Shown here piece after piece: positions 10,221 to 19,160 of a stretch of 64,000 nucleotides of DNA. The stretch is from an uncultured Azospirillaceae bacterium (GTDB lineage Bacteria > Pseudomonadota > Alphaproteobacteria > RF32 > CAG-239). The stretch lies in NCBI GenBank assembly GCA_964655915.1, contig CAZZNV010000001.1, positions 10,012 to 74,011 on the forward strand. Direction: 5' to 3'. Below the pieces are notes generated by a model. That model ran no database searches and had not been told where the DNA came from. It saw nothing but the letters and a program-made list of their open reading frames with translations. Within the stretch, counting starts at the first letter, position 1; the number at the start of each line of letters is the position of its first letter. The position numbers and the translations under genes were made by a program.

Positions 10221-11191
10221 TATGTAACTTCGGTAACGGCGCGTAGGTTTCCATCTCGATTAATTTGGACAACCCTTAACTTCTTACGCATCTCTTCAAT
10301 CGTTTTATAACGATCCATTGACGGGTTTGTATGCAGAATACGATCAACAAAAGCCTGATATGCGGCTTCGGAGCTTTCGGCGTGGATGGTCGCAAAACAG
10401 TTATCGTGACCTGACCCCATCAATTCCCAAATAGTTCCGGCATTGTCTGTTGAAATCTCTCCCCCTAAAATAGCGTCCGGTGTAAAACGAACAACCAAGT
10501 TAATAACTCCGGCGTAGTCCATTTTGTTCGTTTGCTCCGTACGAGATAACACCAAGTGAACACGATTGGGGTGAGGAACAATCAATTCTCTGGCATCTTC
10601 AATCGTTAATATGCGCTTGTGAATGTCCAATATCTTCAACAGATTGTTCAAAAAAGTTGTTTTACCCGTTGCCGTAGCGCCTGAAACAAGTATGTGGTCA
10701 CCTCGTTTAATACTTAACAGCAAGCGCTCATAAGGATCTTCCGGATCTTTTATATCTTTTAGAGGGTTGATTTTATGCAACGTTTGACCTTGTGCCAAAC
10801 CATAATCACCCAAACCAAAAGCCACATCATCCGCATGGACACGAATGGTCAGCGCTATTCCGCCTCGTTGAGCATCTTCCGAATCATACTCAACATTACG
10901 TCCACAAATAGCAGAAAAACGGTGCCCGCCCGGCAATGTTGCGTATAAGGTCGGATTCCCCAATAACGGATCAAACGGCAGTTCGTAAACATTGGAAATA
11001 ATATAAAACAAATTCGTCAGATATTCCTTGGACAGCTTCTCATCTTCGTGCATAACCCACGGATAAGCCCGTTTACCGCGCAAACGCAGCCATACCTGCC
11101 CTGCGTGATTGATTGCGACTTCTTCTATATTTTCCTGATTATACCAATAAGATAAAGGACGTAAAACAGATTCAAGAATTGTAAATGCCAT
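10220..11191 (-). CDS. virB11: VirB11-family T4SS ATPase
   Basis: Walker A (VSGATATGKTTFLN), Asp box (RILTIEDARE) and His box (GHDNCFATIHAES); about 323 aa. It is the last gene of the minus-strand vir operon. Confidence 0.85.
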   Translation of the reverse strand: MAFTILESVLRPLSYWYNQENIEEVAINHAGQVWLRLRGKRAYPWVMHEDEKLSKEYLTNLFYIISNVYELPFDPLLGNPTLYATLPGGHRFSAICGRNVEYDSEDAQRGGIALTIRVHADDVAFGLGDYGLAQGQTLHKINPLKDIKDPEDPYERLLLSIKRGDHILVSGATATGKTTFLNNLLKILDIHKRILTIEDARELIVPHPNRVHLVLSRTEQTNKMDYAGVINLVVRFTPDAILGGEISTDNAGTIWELMGSGHDNCFATIHAESSEAAYQAFVDRILHTNPSMDRYKTIEEMRKKLRVVQINRDGNLRAVTEVT

Positions 11192-11202
11192 TTTTATCTC
11201 CT

Positions 11203-14200
11203 TTAAAACAATGCCGGAACATTACTGTCTGATTGCGTTTGTGCTCCTGTCGGGGCGCCCATTCCTGCTGACGAAGAGGATGGCGGAGGCGGCGGAGCGA
11301 TAAAGTTAGTTCCCGCGGACGAGTTATCTGATTTTGATTTTCCACCATCAATAAGAGGTGTCGATTTTACAGCGTTAACATCTTCACCTTCGGCATCATA
11401 CACAACATCCCCGGCAGTTCCAGCGCTTTGGTATTTTTTTATTTCAGCCTGTTTTCTTTCCGCGGCCTTTTCCTCATCATCTATCAAGACACCACCCTTA
11501 GCTAATTCGCCCTGTACTCTAGCTTCTTCATCGTTATCAATGGTACGCAACCACAAGTCAGACATCGGGTAAACGATAATTCTTGTTCCGGCCGGGATAT
11601 AGGTCATAGGACGAATATTGGATTTATCCGCCAAAATCTCATCAAACACCTTATTCATTTCATTTAAGAAGTTTTGACGCGCATCATTCGCCGCTTCCTG
11701 ACGAGGCGTTTCCGTGCTACTGTCACTGTCTTTTTTAGGCGCCATAAAATAGGAGGTGGCGCTGGTTAAGGTTGTTGTCATAACCGGTAAAGTATATTTT
11801 TTGAATAATTGCTGATCTACATATCCTAAGGCACCGGCTCGACCTTGGGCGTCTGCGGTCAAACCGTTTAACATAAACAATGAGCCATCCGGACGAATTA
11901 GTCTTTCCCATGAAATTTGAACACGAGCCGACTCAGAAGTTGCTTCGGCACTGGCAGACAAACCGCCTAAACTTCCCATTAAACGGCTTCCCGCGGGAAT
12001 AATTACGTTACGACCTTCTTCGGCGTAAACATTCCGCTCAACAAACGCTGTAATGGGAGCAGGGTTATTACTGTCAATAGCGCGGGCAATAACCGCCGGA
12101 ATTGGTTTATCCGCAAAAATCATTGAGCTTAAGTCAACTCTCCATGAAGAAATAACCTTATTAACCCCTTGTTCGCTCCAATCCTTTTGCATTCCGTCAA
12201 AAGCTTCTTTACGGGTTCCGTTACTTATCTTACCGACACTCATATTTTTTCTACGTTCACCCATAGCGGTATTCAGAGCAGCTTGTCTTACGGGGTCATA
12301 CCTCTCTCCGGGACCAAAACCGCCTCCCGGCCCCAAATTCCCCGTAGGACCGGCACCTGTTCCATAAGCGCCACCGTTACCGAAAGTTCCAGGAGGAACA
12401 AACATGCCACTGGTGTCTGCTTTTTTAACCTCTTCAATACCGATCAAGCTTCCTTCATCATCAATAATCAAACCATCGGGCATTTTTCGTCCGAGATAAT
12501 TACCGTTTTCATCAACAACGGTTCCGTCTTCTAATATCTCACCTAAATAATCACCATCCGGCGTCAGCGCAATTCCCAATGACTTACGATATTCGCCATT
12601 CTCCAAAAACTCCAAAGCGGGGGATATATCTTCTTCATCCTCAAGAGGTTCCGGCTGAGGAGCTTTTTCATACCAATTAGAGCCTATTCCGCCAATAATA
12701 TTTCCATTTGCATCAACGGCATCACCATTTTCGCCTATTCGCCCAATAACGTTACCGTCTTTATCCAAAACCGTACCATTGTCTGTGGCATAACCGATAA
12801 GATTTCCGTCTTTATCGTATATTTCTTTTTTATTAAGTGAATCGCCTAAAACATTGCCTTTACCATCTACAAAATTTCCGTTTTCGTCCACACTGCCAAT
12901 GATATTTCCATCTTTATCAACAACATTCCCGTTCTCATCCAAATAACCAACTAAGTTTCCATCTTTATCAAATATCATTTTGCGTTTTGCCTGCGGAGAA
13001 ATGCGGCTGTAATACTGCAACGGCGAAGCCTGAGCAATCCACTCTCCATTTGAATTTTTAACTCTTCCGTCCTCACCTAAATCGCCGACTTTAGCCCCTT
13101 TAGAATCTATAACCACACCATCAAAGGACAACCATCCGATAACAACATTGTCCTTATCCCTAATATTATAATCTCTGTTTCCTCTGGCTAAAACGTTCAA
13201 CTTTTTATCTACCAAAAAGCCTCTATCCAAAGTGCCCATATTTTGGTTATTAAAGTTAACGACATCGCCTTTTCTGCTAATGATACCGATAGCCTTACCT
13301 TCTGCATCATACATATAGAAATCGTAAAGCGCGTACCCTATTTTTCGGCTACCATCGGCAACATAACCGTCGTAATCAACATTACCCAGCTTACGGTTAT
13401 CCGAGGACATAACGGAGCCATCATCCATAACGCGTCCGATAAATTTATTTTCTAAATCAAACGCTATTTTATACTTAAACAGATTACCTATCGGCTTTCC
13501 GACTTCAGAGTTAACGTTACCGTTCGGTTGCTGATACCCGATAACATCACTATCCTCATCAACAACCACACCATCTAACACCGTTCGTCCGATAATTTTC
13601 CCTTTGAAGTCTATTACCGGTGTATAATTAACCGTTGCACCGACAACAACGCCGTCATTATTTTTTACTTCTCCAAAACGGTTTACGCACCCCAACTGGC
13701 GATTTTCGAAATCACGAACTTTACCGTCGGCATTTACAAAACCTATAACTTTCCCATTATAATCAATTATGGGGAGTGTTTGAACAGAAAAACCGATTAT
13801 ACTTCCGCTATCACTCAGGGCTTGTCCGTTTGCCAACAGCCGCCCTAAATATATACCCCGATAATTTTGAACATTACCTTGCGGTCCAATCACACCTATT
13901 ATCTCACAACCATCATTACTTACTGTGCCAAATCCTTGTAAATGACCATTCAAAATATTGTTATTATCCACAGACCAACCATGTTCAGCGATACGTCCTA
14001 TTTTCGCACCACTTAAATCTTTGACATCACCGTTTACATCAGCATAACCAAGGAGATTCCCGTTTAATGAATTAACAATATTGGAGGCATATCCCCAGCC
14101 ATTAACAGGCATAAACCCTTGACTATTGGGCTTATTCGTTTTGTATATGGACATATCAGGAAGAATTTTTCCTACGGTATTCATACTTTTATCAACAACA

Positions 14201-15738
14201 AGATTTTGTTGTGTTAAGTGCCCGAGATTTCCGCCTTTATCTGCAATTGCCAAAAAAGCTTTTATTAATCCGCCTGTCAAAACTCCCGGATCAGACACCA
14301 TGTAACCGGAAGCCAAAACTCGACCGATAACATTACCTGCTCCGGCTTGCACCATTCCCTCAAAATCAAGTCTGCCCAAGGGATTGCCGTATGCATTGTA
14401 TAGAGCGGCCAATGCAAACGAACTCCCCGAAACGTTCCCATCTAAATCAAAAACATATCCGAACGGAGAAACAACCCTTTTTCCGCCATTGTCAGAGAAA
14501 TTACTGCCTATTCCTGTTATTCCCAAAACATTATTTTGATTCCCATAGGCAATAAAACTATCCATCACGGCCCCAATAATGCGACCGGACAGATCATAAG
14601 CATAGTTACTAATCATGTATCCGATAGGAGTGCCCGACAAGGCTATCACCGTACCGTTTGGTAAAGCGTGACCGCGTAAACTTCCTTTATAATCGAAGAC
14701 AGGACCGGAACGACTCAATTGTCCGATAACGCTCCCATTAGCAGAAACGATGACGCCACGAGCCCCCACCAGAGCCGTTATCTCTTTTGCGCGCGCCAAG
14801 TTCCCTTCCGGCATCAGGCGGCCGATATATTTTCCTTCCAGATTTGTTGCTGTTGCGGATATTTCTTCACCATATCCTATTATCTCACCATCTAAAGAAA
14901 CAATGGCACCATCAGCCCGCATATGACCTATCAGATTTTCATTTTCAATAACTTCGCCATTATACGTCACAAACCCCATATAATAGCCGTCATTATCAAA
15001 AGCGTATCCCGATTTAACAATTCTTCCGATAACTTTATTTTGGCTGTCATAAGCATAACCGTTCGCCTTGATATGCCCGATAATCTGAGAATCGAAATCC
15101 GAAACGCTTCCTCCCGGAACAACACTTCCGATAAAATCCCCATCAAGTGATACAACCATCTTTGATGAAATCAGACGGCCGTCTAAAATATATTCATTTC
15201 CCACATTGCGATAAGCGTATCCGTCAGGGGTTACCACACCTATCGACTGCCCCTGAAGGTTTGTGTAATTTCCGTCACCCGTTACACGACCGACCGTACT
15301 TCCGTCATCTGAATAAACCAAACCGGGGAACAACACAGCACCGATAATATCAAAATAGTCGTTTACCACCAAACCATTAGGCAAAACCTTACCGACAACT
15401 TGTCCGGACGCCAGACGAACAGAACCGTCATTATTCACCTTACCTAAAAGTTTTGCATCATTACCGATTGCAACACCCTGAGGAATAACACCACCTATAA
15501 GCTTTCCGTCAAAATTAACGATTAAGCTGTCCGCCGTCACGTTTCCGATTAACTGGTTATCAAACCCGACAACTTTACCGTCCGGGATTACTTTTCCGAG
15601 TAAATCACCATTAAAATCAATAGCTGTAATTTCTTGCGCGAATACTTGAGTAGAGGTTAGAACAGCCATCATTCCGACAGCCCACCTCAATACACTTACT
15701 TTTCGCAAAAATTTTCGGCAGCTATACCAAAATTTCAA
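11203..15738 (-). CDS. virB10: Giant VirB10/TrbI homolog: N-terminal signal-like segment, roughly 1100 aa of tandem ~17-aa repeats, C-terminal VirB10 beta-barrel domain with S/P-rich tail
   Basis: C-terminal region (NVIIPAGSRLMGSLGG...ARVQISWERLIRPDGSLFML...GALGYVDQQL...TYIPAGTRIIVYP) matches the conserved VirB10/TrbI domain. Upstream are dozens of repeats of the type DGKVVGFDNQLIGNV / VVDKDGNIIGSVDENGNFVDGKGNVLG. Confidence 0.75.
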   Translation of the reverse strand: MKFWYSCRKFLRKVSVLRWAVGMMAVLTSTQVFAQEITAIDFNGDLLGKVIPDGKVVGFDNQLIGNVTADSLIVNFDGKLIGGVIPQGVAIGNDAKLLGKVNNDGSVRLASGQVVGKVLPNGLVVNDYFDIIGAVLFPGLVYSDDGSTVGRVTGDGNYTNLQGQSIGVVTPDGYAYRNVGNEYILDGRLISSKMVVSLDGDFIGSVVPGGSVSDFDSQIIGHIKANGYAYDSQNKVIGRIVKSGYAFDNDGYYMGFVTYNGEVIENENLIGHMRADGAIVSLDGEIIGYGEEISATATNLEGKYIGRLMPEGNLARAKEITALVGARGVIVSANGSVIGQLSRSGPVFDYKGSLRGHALPNGTVIALSGTPIGYMISNYAYDLSGRIIGAVMDSFIAYGNQNNVLGITGIGSNFSDNGGKRVVSPFGYVFDLDGNVSGSSFALAALYNAYGNPLGRLDFEGMVQAGAGNVIGRVLASGYMVSDPGVLTGGLIKAFLAIADKGGNLGHLTQQNLVVDKSMNTVGKILPDMSIYKTNKPNSQGFMPVNGWGYASNIVNSLNGNLLGYADVNGDVKDLSGAKIGRIAEHGWSVDNNNILNGHLQGFGTVSNDGCEIIGVIGPQGNVQNYRGIYLGRLLANGQALSDSGSIIGFSVQTLPIIDYNGKVIGFVNADGKVRDFENRQLGCVNRFGEVKNNDGVVVGATVNYTPVIDFKGKIIGRTVLDGVVVDEDSDVIGYQQPNGNVNSEVGKPIGNLFKYKIAFDLENKFIGRVMDDGSVMSSDNRKLGNVDYDGYVADGSRKIGYALYDFYMYDAEGKAIGIISRKGDVVNFNNQNMGTLDRGFLVDKKLNVLARGNRDYNIRDKDNVVIGWLSFDGVVIDSKGAKVGDLGEDGRVKNSNGEWIAQASPLQYYSRISPQAKRKMIFDKDGNLVGYLDENGNVVDKDGNIIGSVDENGNFVDGKGNVLGDSLNKKEIYDKDGNLIGYATDNGTVLDKDGNVIGRIGENGDAVDANGNIIGGIGSNWYEKAPQPEPLEDEEDISPALEFLENGEYRKSLGIALTPDGDYLGEILEDGTVVDENGNYLGRKMPDGLIIDDEGSLIGIEEVKKADTSGMFVPPGTFGNGGAYGTGAGPTGNLGPGGGFGPGERYDPVRQAALNTAMGERRKNMSVGKISNGTRKEAFDGMQKDWSEQGVNKVISSWRVDLSSMIFADKPIPAVIARAIDSNNPAPITAFVERNVYAEEGRNVIIPAGSRLMGSLGGLSASAEATSESARVQISWERLIRPDGSLFMLNGLTADAQGRAGALGYVDQQLFKKYTLPVMTTTLTSATSYFMAPKKDSDSSTETPRQEAANDARQNFLNEMNKVFDEILADKSNIRPMTYIPAGTRIIVYPMSDLWLRTIDNDEEARVQGELAKGGVLIDDEEKAAERKQAEIKKYQSAGTAGDVVYDAEGEDVNAVKSTPLIDGGKSKSDNSSAGTNFIAPPPPPSSSSAGMGAPTGAQTQSDSNVPALF

Positions 15739-15740
15739 CT

Positions 15741-18700
15741 TTAATTCCTCCGGTTCTTTGCAACTTCCTGCAAAACATAACCCGCAATCTTTCTATCCAA
15801 ATCAACGAATATACCGTTGCTTTTAATTCGTCCGACCATTGTTCCACCGGCATCAACGACACTCCCGTCAGACAACAGTCTTCCTTTGTACTGCCCGTCA
15901 TTCCCGAGTATGGTGCTACCAATTTTAAAGACTTTTCCTAATATCTTATCGTTAGAATCAACAGCCAAACCGCCTGACAAGCTCTTTCCTATGATACTAC
16001 CATCAATGCCCATGATTTTTCCATCAAAATTTACATAACCCACAACTTTATCTGTGTTATCGATAACAATATCTCCGCCAGCAATTTCACCGATTAATTT
16101 TCCGCCCAGGCTCAAGACTTTTCCGTCAGATAAAACTCTACCGATGACAACGTTAGCGTTATTTATAACGCTCCCGTTTGGCAAAACAGCACCTATAACA
16201 TTACCTCCAAAGTCTATAACACCACCTCTGTGCAGCAAACTCATATTCATATCTGTCGCCCCGCCGGGTAAGACGGCCGTTACAGTATCGCCTTTCAGAT
16301 CAACAACATCACCGAGAGAATTCAGATGTCCCCTGTAATTCCCCCAAATATCAATCATAATGTCTTCGGGCAAAATATCACCGACCACTTGATTATCTTT
16401 ATTAATCGCCTTTCCATCAAAGCTGCTGTTTCCGACAATCGCTCCTTCCAAATCAACCAAGCGTCCGTTAGATGTGGCATATCCGATGAATGAACCATCA
16501 TAACCAATTGCCGGCCCGGTTTTAATTACCGCCCCGCCATAAGCACCTTTTCGGTCAATATACACTCCTTTAGCGTTTAATTTTCCAAGTTGATCACCGT
16601 AGCGACTGAAAATGCTGCCGTCATAATCAGCAACACCTATAATATCCCCCGTTGTGCTGACCACTTCGCCACGGGGTGCCAAATGCCCCAAAACGTTTCC
16701 GTAAAAACTTAAACCGTCTCCCTTCAGCTGTCCCTGGCTGATACCTTGAGTGTTATAAACATGCCCGTCTGGGAAAACCGTTCCGATTAAATTTCCCGAA
16801 GAATCGACAATTGTTGATTTGGCATCCAGTGCAACACCTATTATTTCATTTTTTTCATTAACCAACAAATTATTCGCGGTTAATCGTGCTGAAGGCTTAC
16901 CATAGATTTTAACTTCTGCTTTATTATCAACCTGATTCAAATAATTACCATTTAAATCAAAAGCATATTTCGAACCAACCGCACGACCAATATACACACC
17001 CTTATTGTTAAAAACGTCACCCCAAATACTAACGCAACCCACAGGAAGCTTAGCATCATTTACCACGAGATTATCATCATTGATTTTACCAATGTAATCA
17101 CCGTCAAAATCAACGGCGACACCGCTCTTTTGCACAGCACCGATTAAATCGCCTTTTTCATCGAGAACCGTTCCATCCGGATTAACACACCCCACATACC
17201 TGTTGGACTTGTCTTTAACAATTCCGTTATTGTCTGCTGTTCCTAAAAAACGGCAGTTATTATCAAAAACGCGACCTGATTTTACAATTTCTCCGATATA
17301 TTTTCCTTCATTATCCGTTACAACGCCTTCATAGTTGATACGATAAGAAGTCTCCTCGTTGCCTTTTTTTATTTTTCCGTCTCTGTCTAAATAGCCGATT
17401 TGCTTGCAACCGTAGCCAACAACAAAGCCTCCCGGAACGAGCTTGGCCACGATTTTTGCTCCGTTAGGTTCACGAACCAAACCGCTTGACGTGACGCGTC
17501 CCACAATTTGATGCATGTTATTTTCTATCGAACCATCATTTTGCAGTGTTCCCAATAAATTCCCCGAAGGCGTAATCGGCAGACGGCTTACAGCAACAAT
17601 AGAACCTAAAACATTACCGTCACGGTCATAAACATTGCCGTTTTCATCGACATACCCTATAACATTGCCGTTAAAATCGTAAACCTTGCCGTCTTTATCG
17701 ACATATCCCAGTATTTTTCCGTTCTTGTCCAGTGCTAAATTTACATAATCTCCGGCTTTCCCTATAACATTACCGCTCAAATCGACAATAGAACCATCTT
17801 CTTGCATCTTTCCGATGACATTACCGTCAAAATCGCGAACATTGCCGCTTTCATCAACATAACCGATAACATTGCCGTTTTCATCATACGCCAAACGAAC
17901 CTTTTGCCCAGTACTTCCGATAGCGCCTTTAGTAATAACATTGCCATTTTCATCAATATAACCAATGATATTGCCATTACTATCAACAACACTGCCGTCA
18001 GGCATTGTCACACCGAGAACATTACCGTTTTCATCAACCGCAACACGTCCCGGTTGGGTAACCGAACCGATAACATTACCGTTTGCATCGACAACCGTGC
18101 CATCAGCCAAAACTCGGCCGATAACATTACCGTTTGCATCGACAACCGTTCCGTCGGGCATAATCTTACCGATGATATTACCATCTTTGTCGTAAACAAA
18201 ACCCGTTTCTACCGCTTTACCTATAACATTGCCGTTTGCATCAACAACAGTACCATCCGGCAACACATGTCCGACAACCTTACCATCTTTATCTACAACC
18301 GTACCGTCCGGATTCACGTAGCCTATCAGATTTCCAAATTCATCGTATACCGCTCGACGATTTTCAGCAACACCGATAACATTGCCTTCATCATCAACAA
18401 TCAGCCCGTTCTCACCGACACGCCCTATAATATTTCCACTGGCATCTCGAACAAAACCGTCTTCATCAATAACCCCGATAACCTTACCATCAGGACCTAT
18501 TGCATACCTGAGCGCTTTAGCATCTTTGTCTGCACCGCCGGAAGCAATAGCACCTTCACAAATTTTACAATCATCTTTAACGTAAGCTGTTCCCGTAACG
18601 GGTATTTTGGCTGATTTAGAGTTTTCTTGCCCCAGATTTAATTCATGCCACGATATAACGAAATTATTCTGAACATTTCCGGCAATAACCGGCGTCCATC

Positions 18701-19154
18701 CCATTGAAATATGGCATGTTCCTTCACCATTAAGCGTCTTTCCCGAACAACCGTCTTCAAAAGAAAAACCATCTGCCGGCGGCTCTGCTAACTCAACCTT
18801 TAATATACGAACGGAAGCTTTTCCGTTTGTTCCTAAGGTTAGAACATTTTTGGCATCTGTACCTAAAACAACCTGCCCCATCTCCACCGGATCAGGTGTC
18901 GCCGTTAGAGGAATTTCACCTTCCATAGTGCTAAATTCAATATTTCTGGTTAAAGGCGCTTCCGTTACCTCGCCTAAAACATCGGCATTATCCGTAAACA
19001 CAGGATCTTCAAACTCATTATCCTGATTATTACTCTTTATAAGCAGAACAACACCGGCAATAAAGATAATCATCGAGGCAATACCAATCGCCAGAATTAT
19101 GCGATTGGTTTTTTTTACATATTTTTCGGAACGTGTTAAATTATCTTTAGCCAT
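15741..19154 (-). CDS. Bitopic membrane protein (1137 aa) composed almost entirely of the same ~17-aa DGxVVDxxGNVIG repeats; no VirB homology detected outside the repeats
   Basis: N-terminal cytoplasmic stretch, one TM (IILAIGIASMIIFIAGVVLLI), then repeats such as LPDGTVVDANGNVIGKAVETGFVYDKDGNIIGKIMPDGTVVDANGNVIGRV. Lies between virB9 and virB10 with 3- and 7-nt intergenic gaps. Confidence 0.5.
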   Translation of the reverse strand: MAKDNLTRSEKYVKKTNRIILAIGIASMIIFIAGVVLLIKSNNQDNEFEDPVFTDNADVLGEVTEAPLTRNIEFSTMEGEIPLTATPDPVEMGQVVLGTDAKNVLTLGTNGKASVRILKVELAEPPADGFSFEDGCSGKTLNGEGTCHISMGWTPVIAGNVQNNFVISWHELNLGQENSKSAKIPVTGTAYVKDDCKICEGAIASGGADKDAKALRYAIGPDGKVIGVIDEDGFVRDASGNIIGRVGENGLIVDDEGNVIGVAENRRAVYDEFGNLIGYVNPDGTVVDKDGKVVGHVLPDGTVVDANGNVIGKAVETGFVYDKDGNIIGKIMPDGTVVDANGNVIGRVLADGTVVDANGNVIGSVTQPGRVAVDENGNVLGVTMPDGSVVDSNGNIIGYIDENGNVITKGAIGSTGQKVRLAYDENGNVIGYVDESGNVRDFDGNVIGKMQEDGSIVDLSGNVIGKAGDYVNLALDKNGKILGYVDKDGKVYDFNGNVIGYVDENGNVYDRDGNVLGSIVAVSRLPITPSGNLLGTLQNDGSIENNMHQIVGRVTSSGLVREPNGAKIVAKLVPGGFVVGYGCKQIGYLDRDGKIKKGNEETSYRINYEGVVTDNEGKYIGEIVKSGRVFDNNCRFLGTADNNGIVKDKSNRYVGCVNPDGTVLDEKGDLIGAVQKSGVAVDFDGDYIGKINDDNLVVNDAKLPVGCVSIWGDVFNNKGVYIGRAVGSKYAFDLNGNYLNQVDNKAEVKIYGKPSARLTANNLLVNEKNEIIGVALDAKSTIVDSSGNLIGTVFPDGHVYNTQGISQGQLKGDGLSFYGNVLGHLAPRGEVVSTTGDIIGVADYDGSIFSRYGDQLGKLNAKGVYIDRKGAYGGAVIKTGPAIGYDGSFIGYATSNGRLVDLEGAIVGNSSFDGKAINKDNQVVGDILPEDIMIDIWGNYRGHLNSLGDVVDLKGDTVTAVLPGGATDMNMSLLHRGGVIDFGGNVIGAVLPNGSVINNANVVIGRVLSDGKVLSLGGKLIGEIAGGDIVIDNTDKVVGYVNFDGKIMGIDGSIIGKSLSGGLAVDSNDKILGKVFKIGSTILGNDGQYKGRLLSDGSVVDAGGTMVGRIKSNGIFVDLDRKIAGYVLQEVAKNRRN

Positions 19155-19160
19155 TGCCTC

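Noticed and set aside
12053-12534. Plus-strand ORFs 12053-12367 and 12169-12534 within virB10
   Set aside because: Antisense to a well-supported VirB10 domain. Short, no RBS, low-complexity products.
12440-18510. Assignment of the ~17-aa repeats to choline-binding/glucan-binding CW repeats
   Set aside because: Only the turn pattern (NG...DG) is shared. The conserved aromatic residues (GW...WYY) of CW repeats are absent, so the call was kept as 'undescribed repeat' rather than named.
17802-18614. 270-aa N/T/I-rich ORF on the plus strand (and neighbours 17965-18195, 18382-18585)
   Set aside because: It lies entirely antisense to the 1137-aa repeat gene. The reverse complement of a periodic GAT/GGC-rich repeat stays open by chance and gives compositionally bizarre, repeat-mirroring protein, with no RBS or partner genes.
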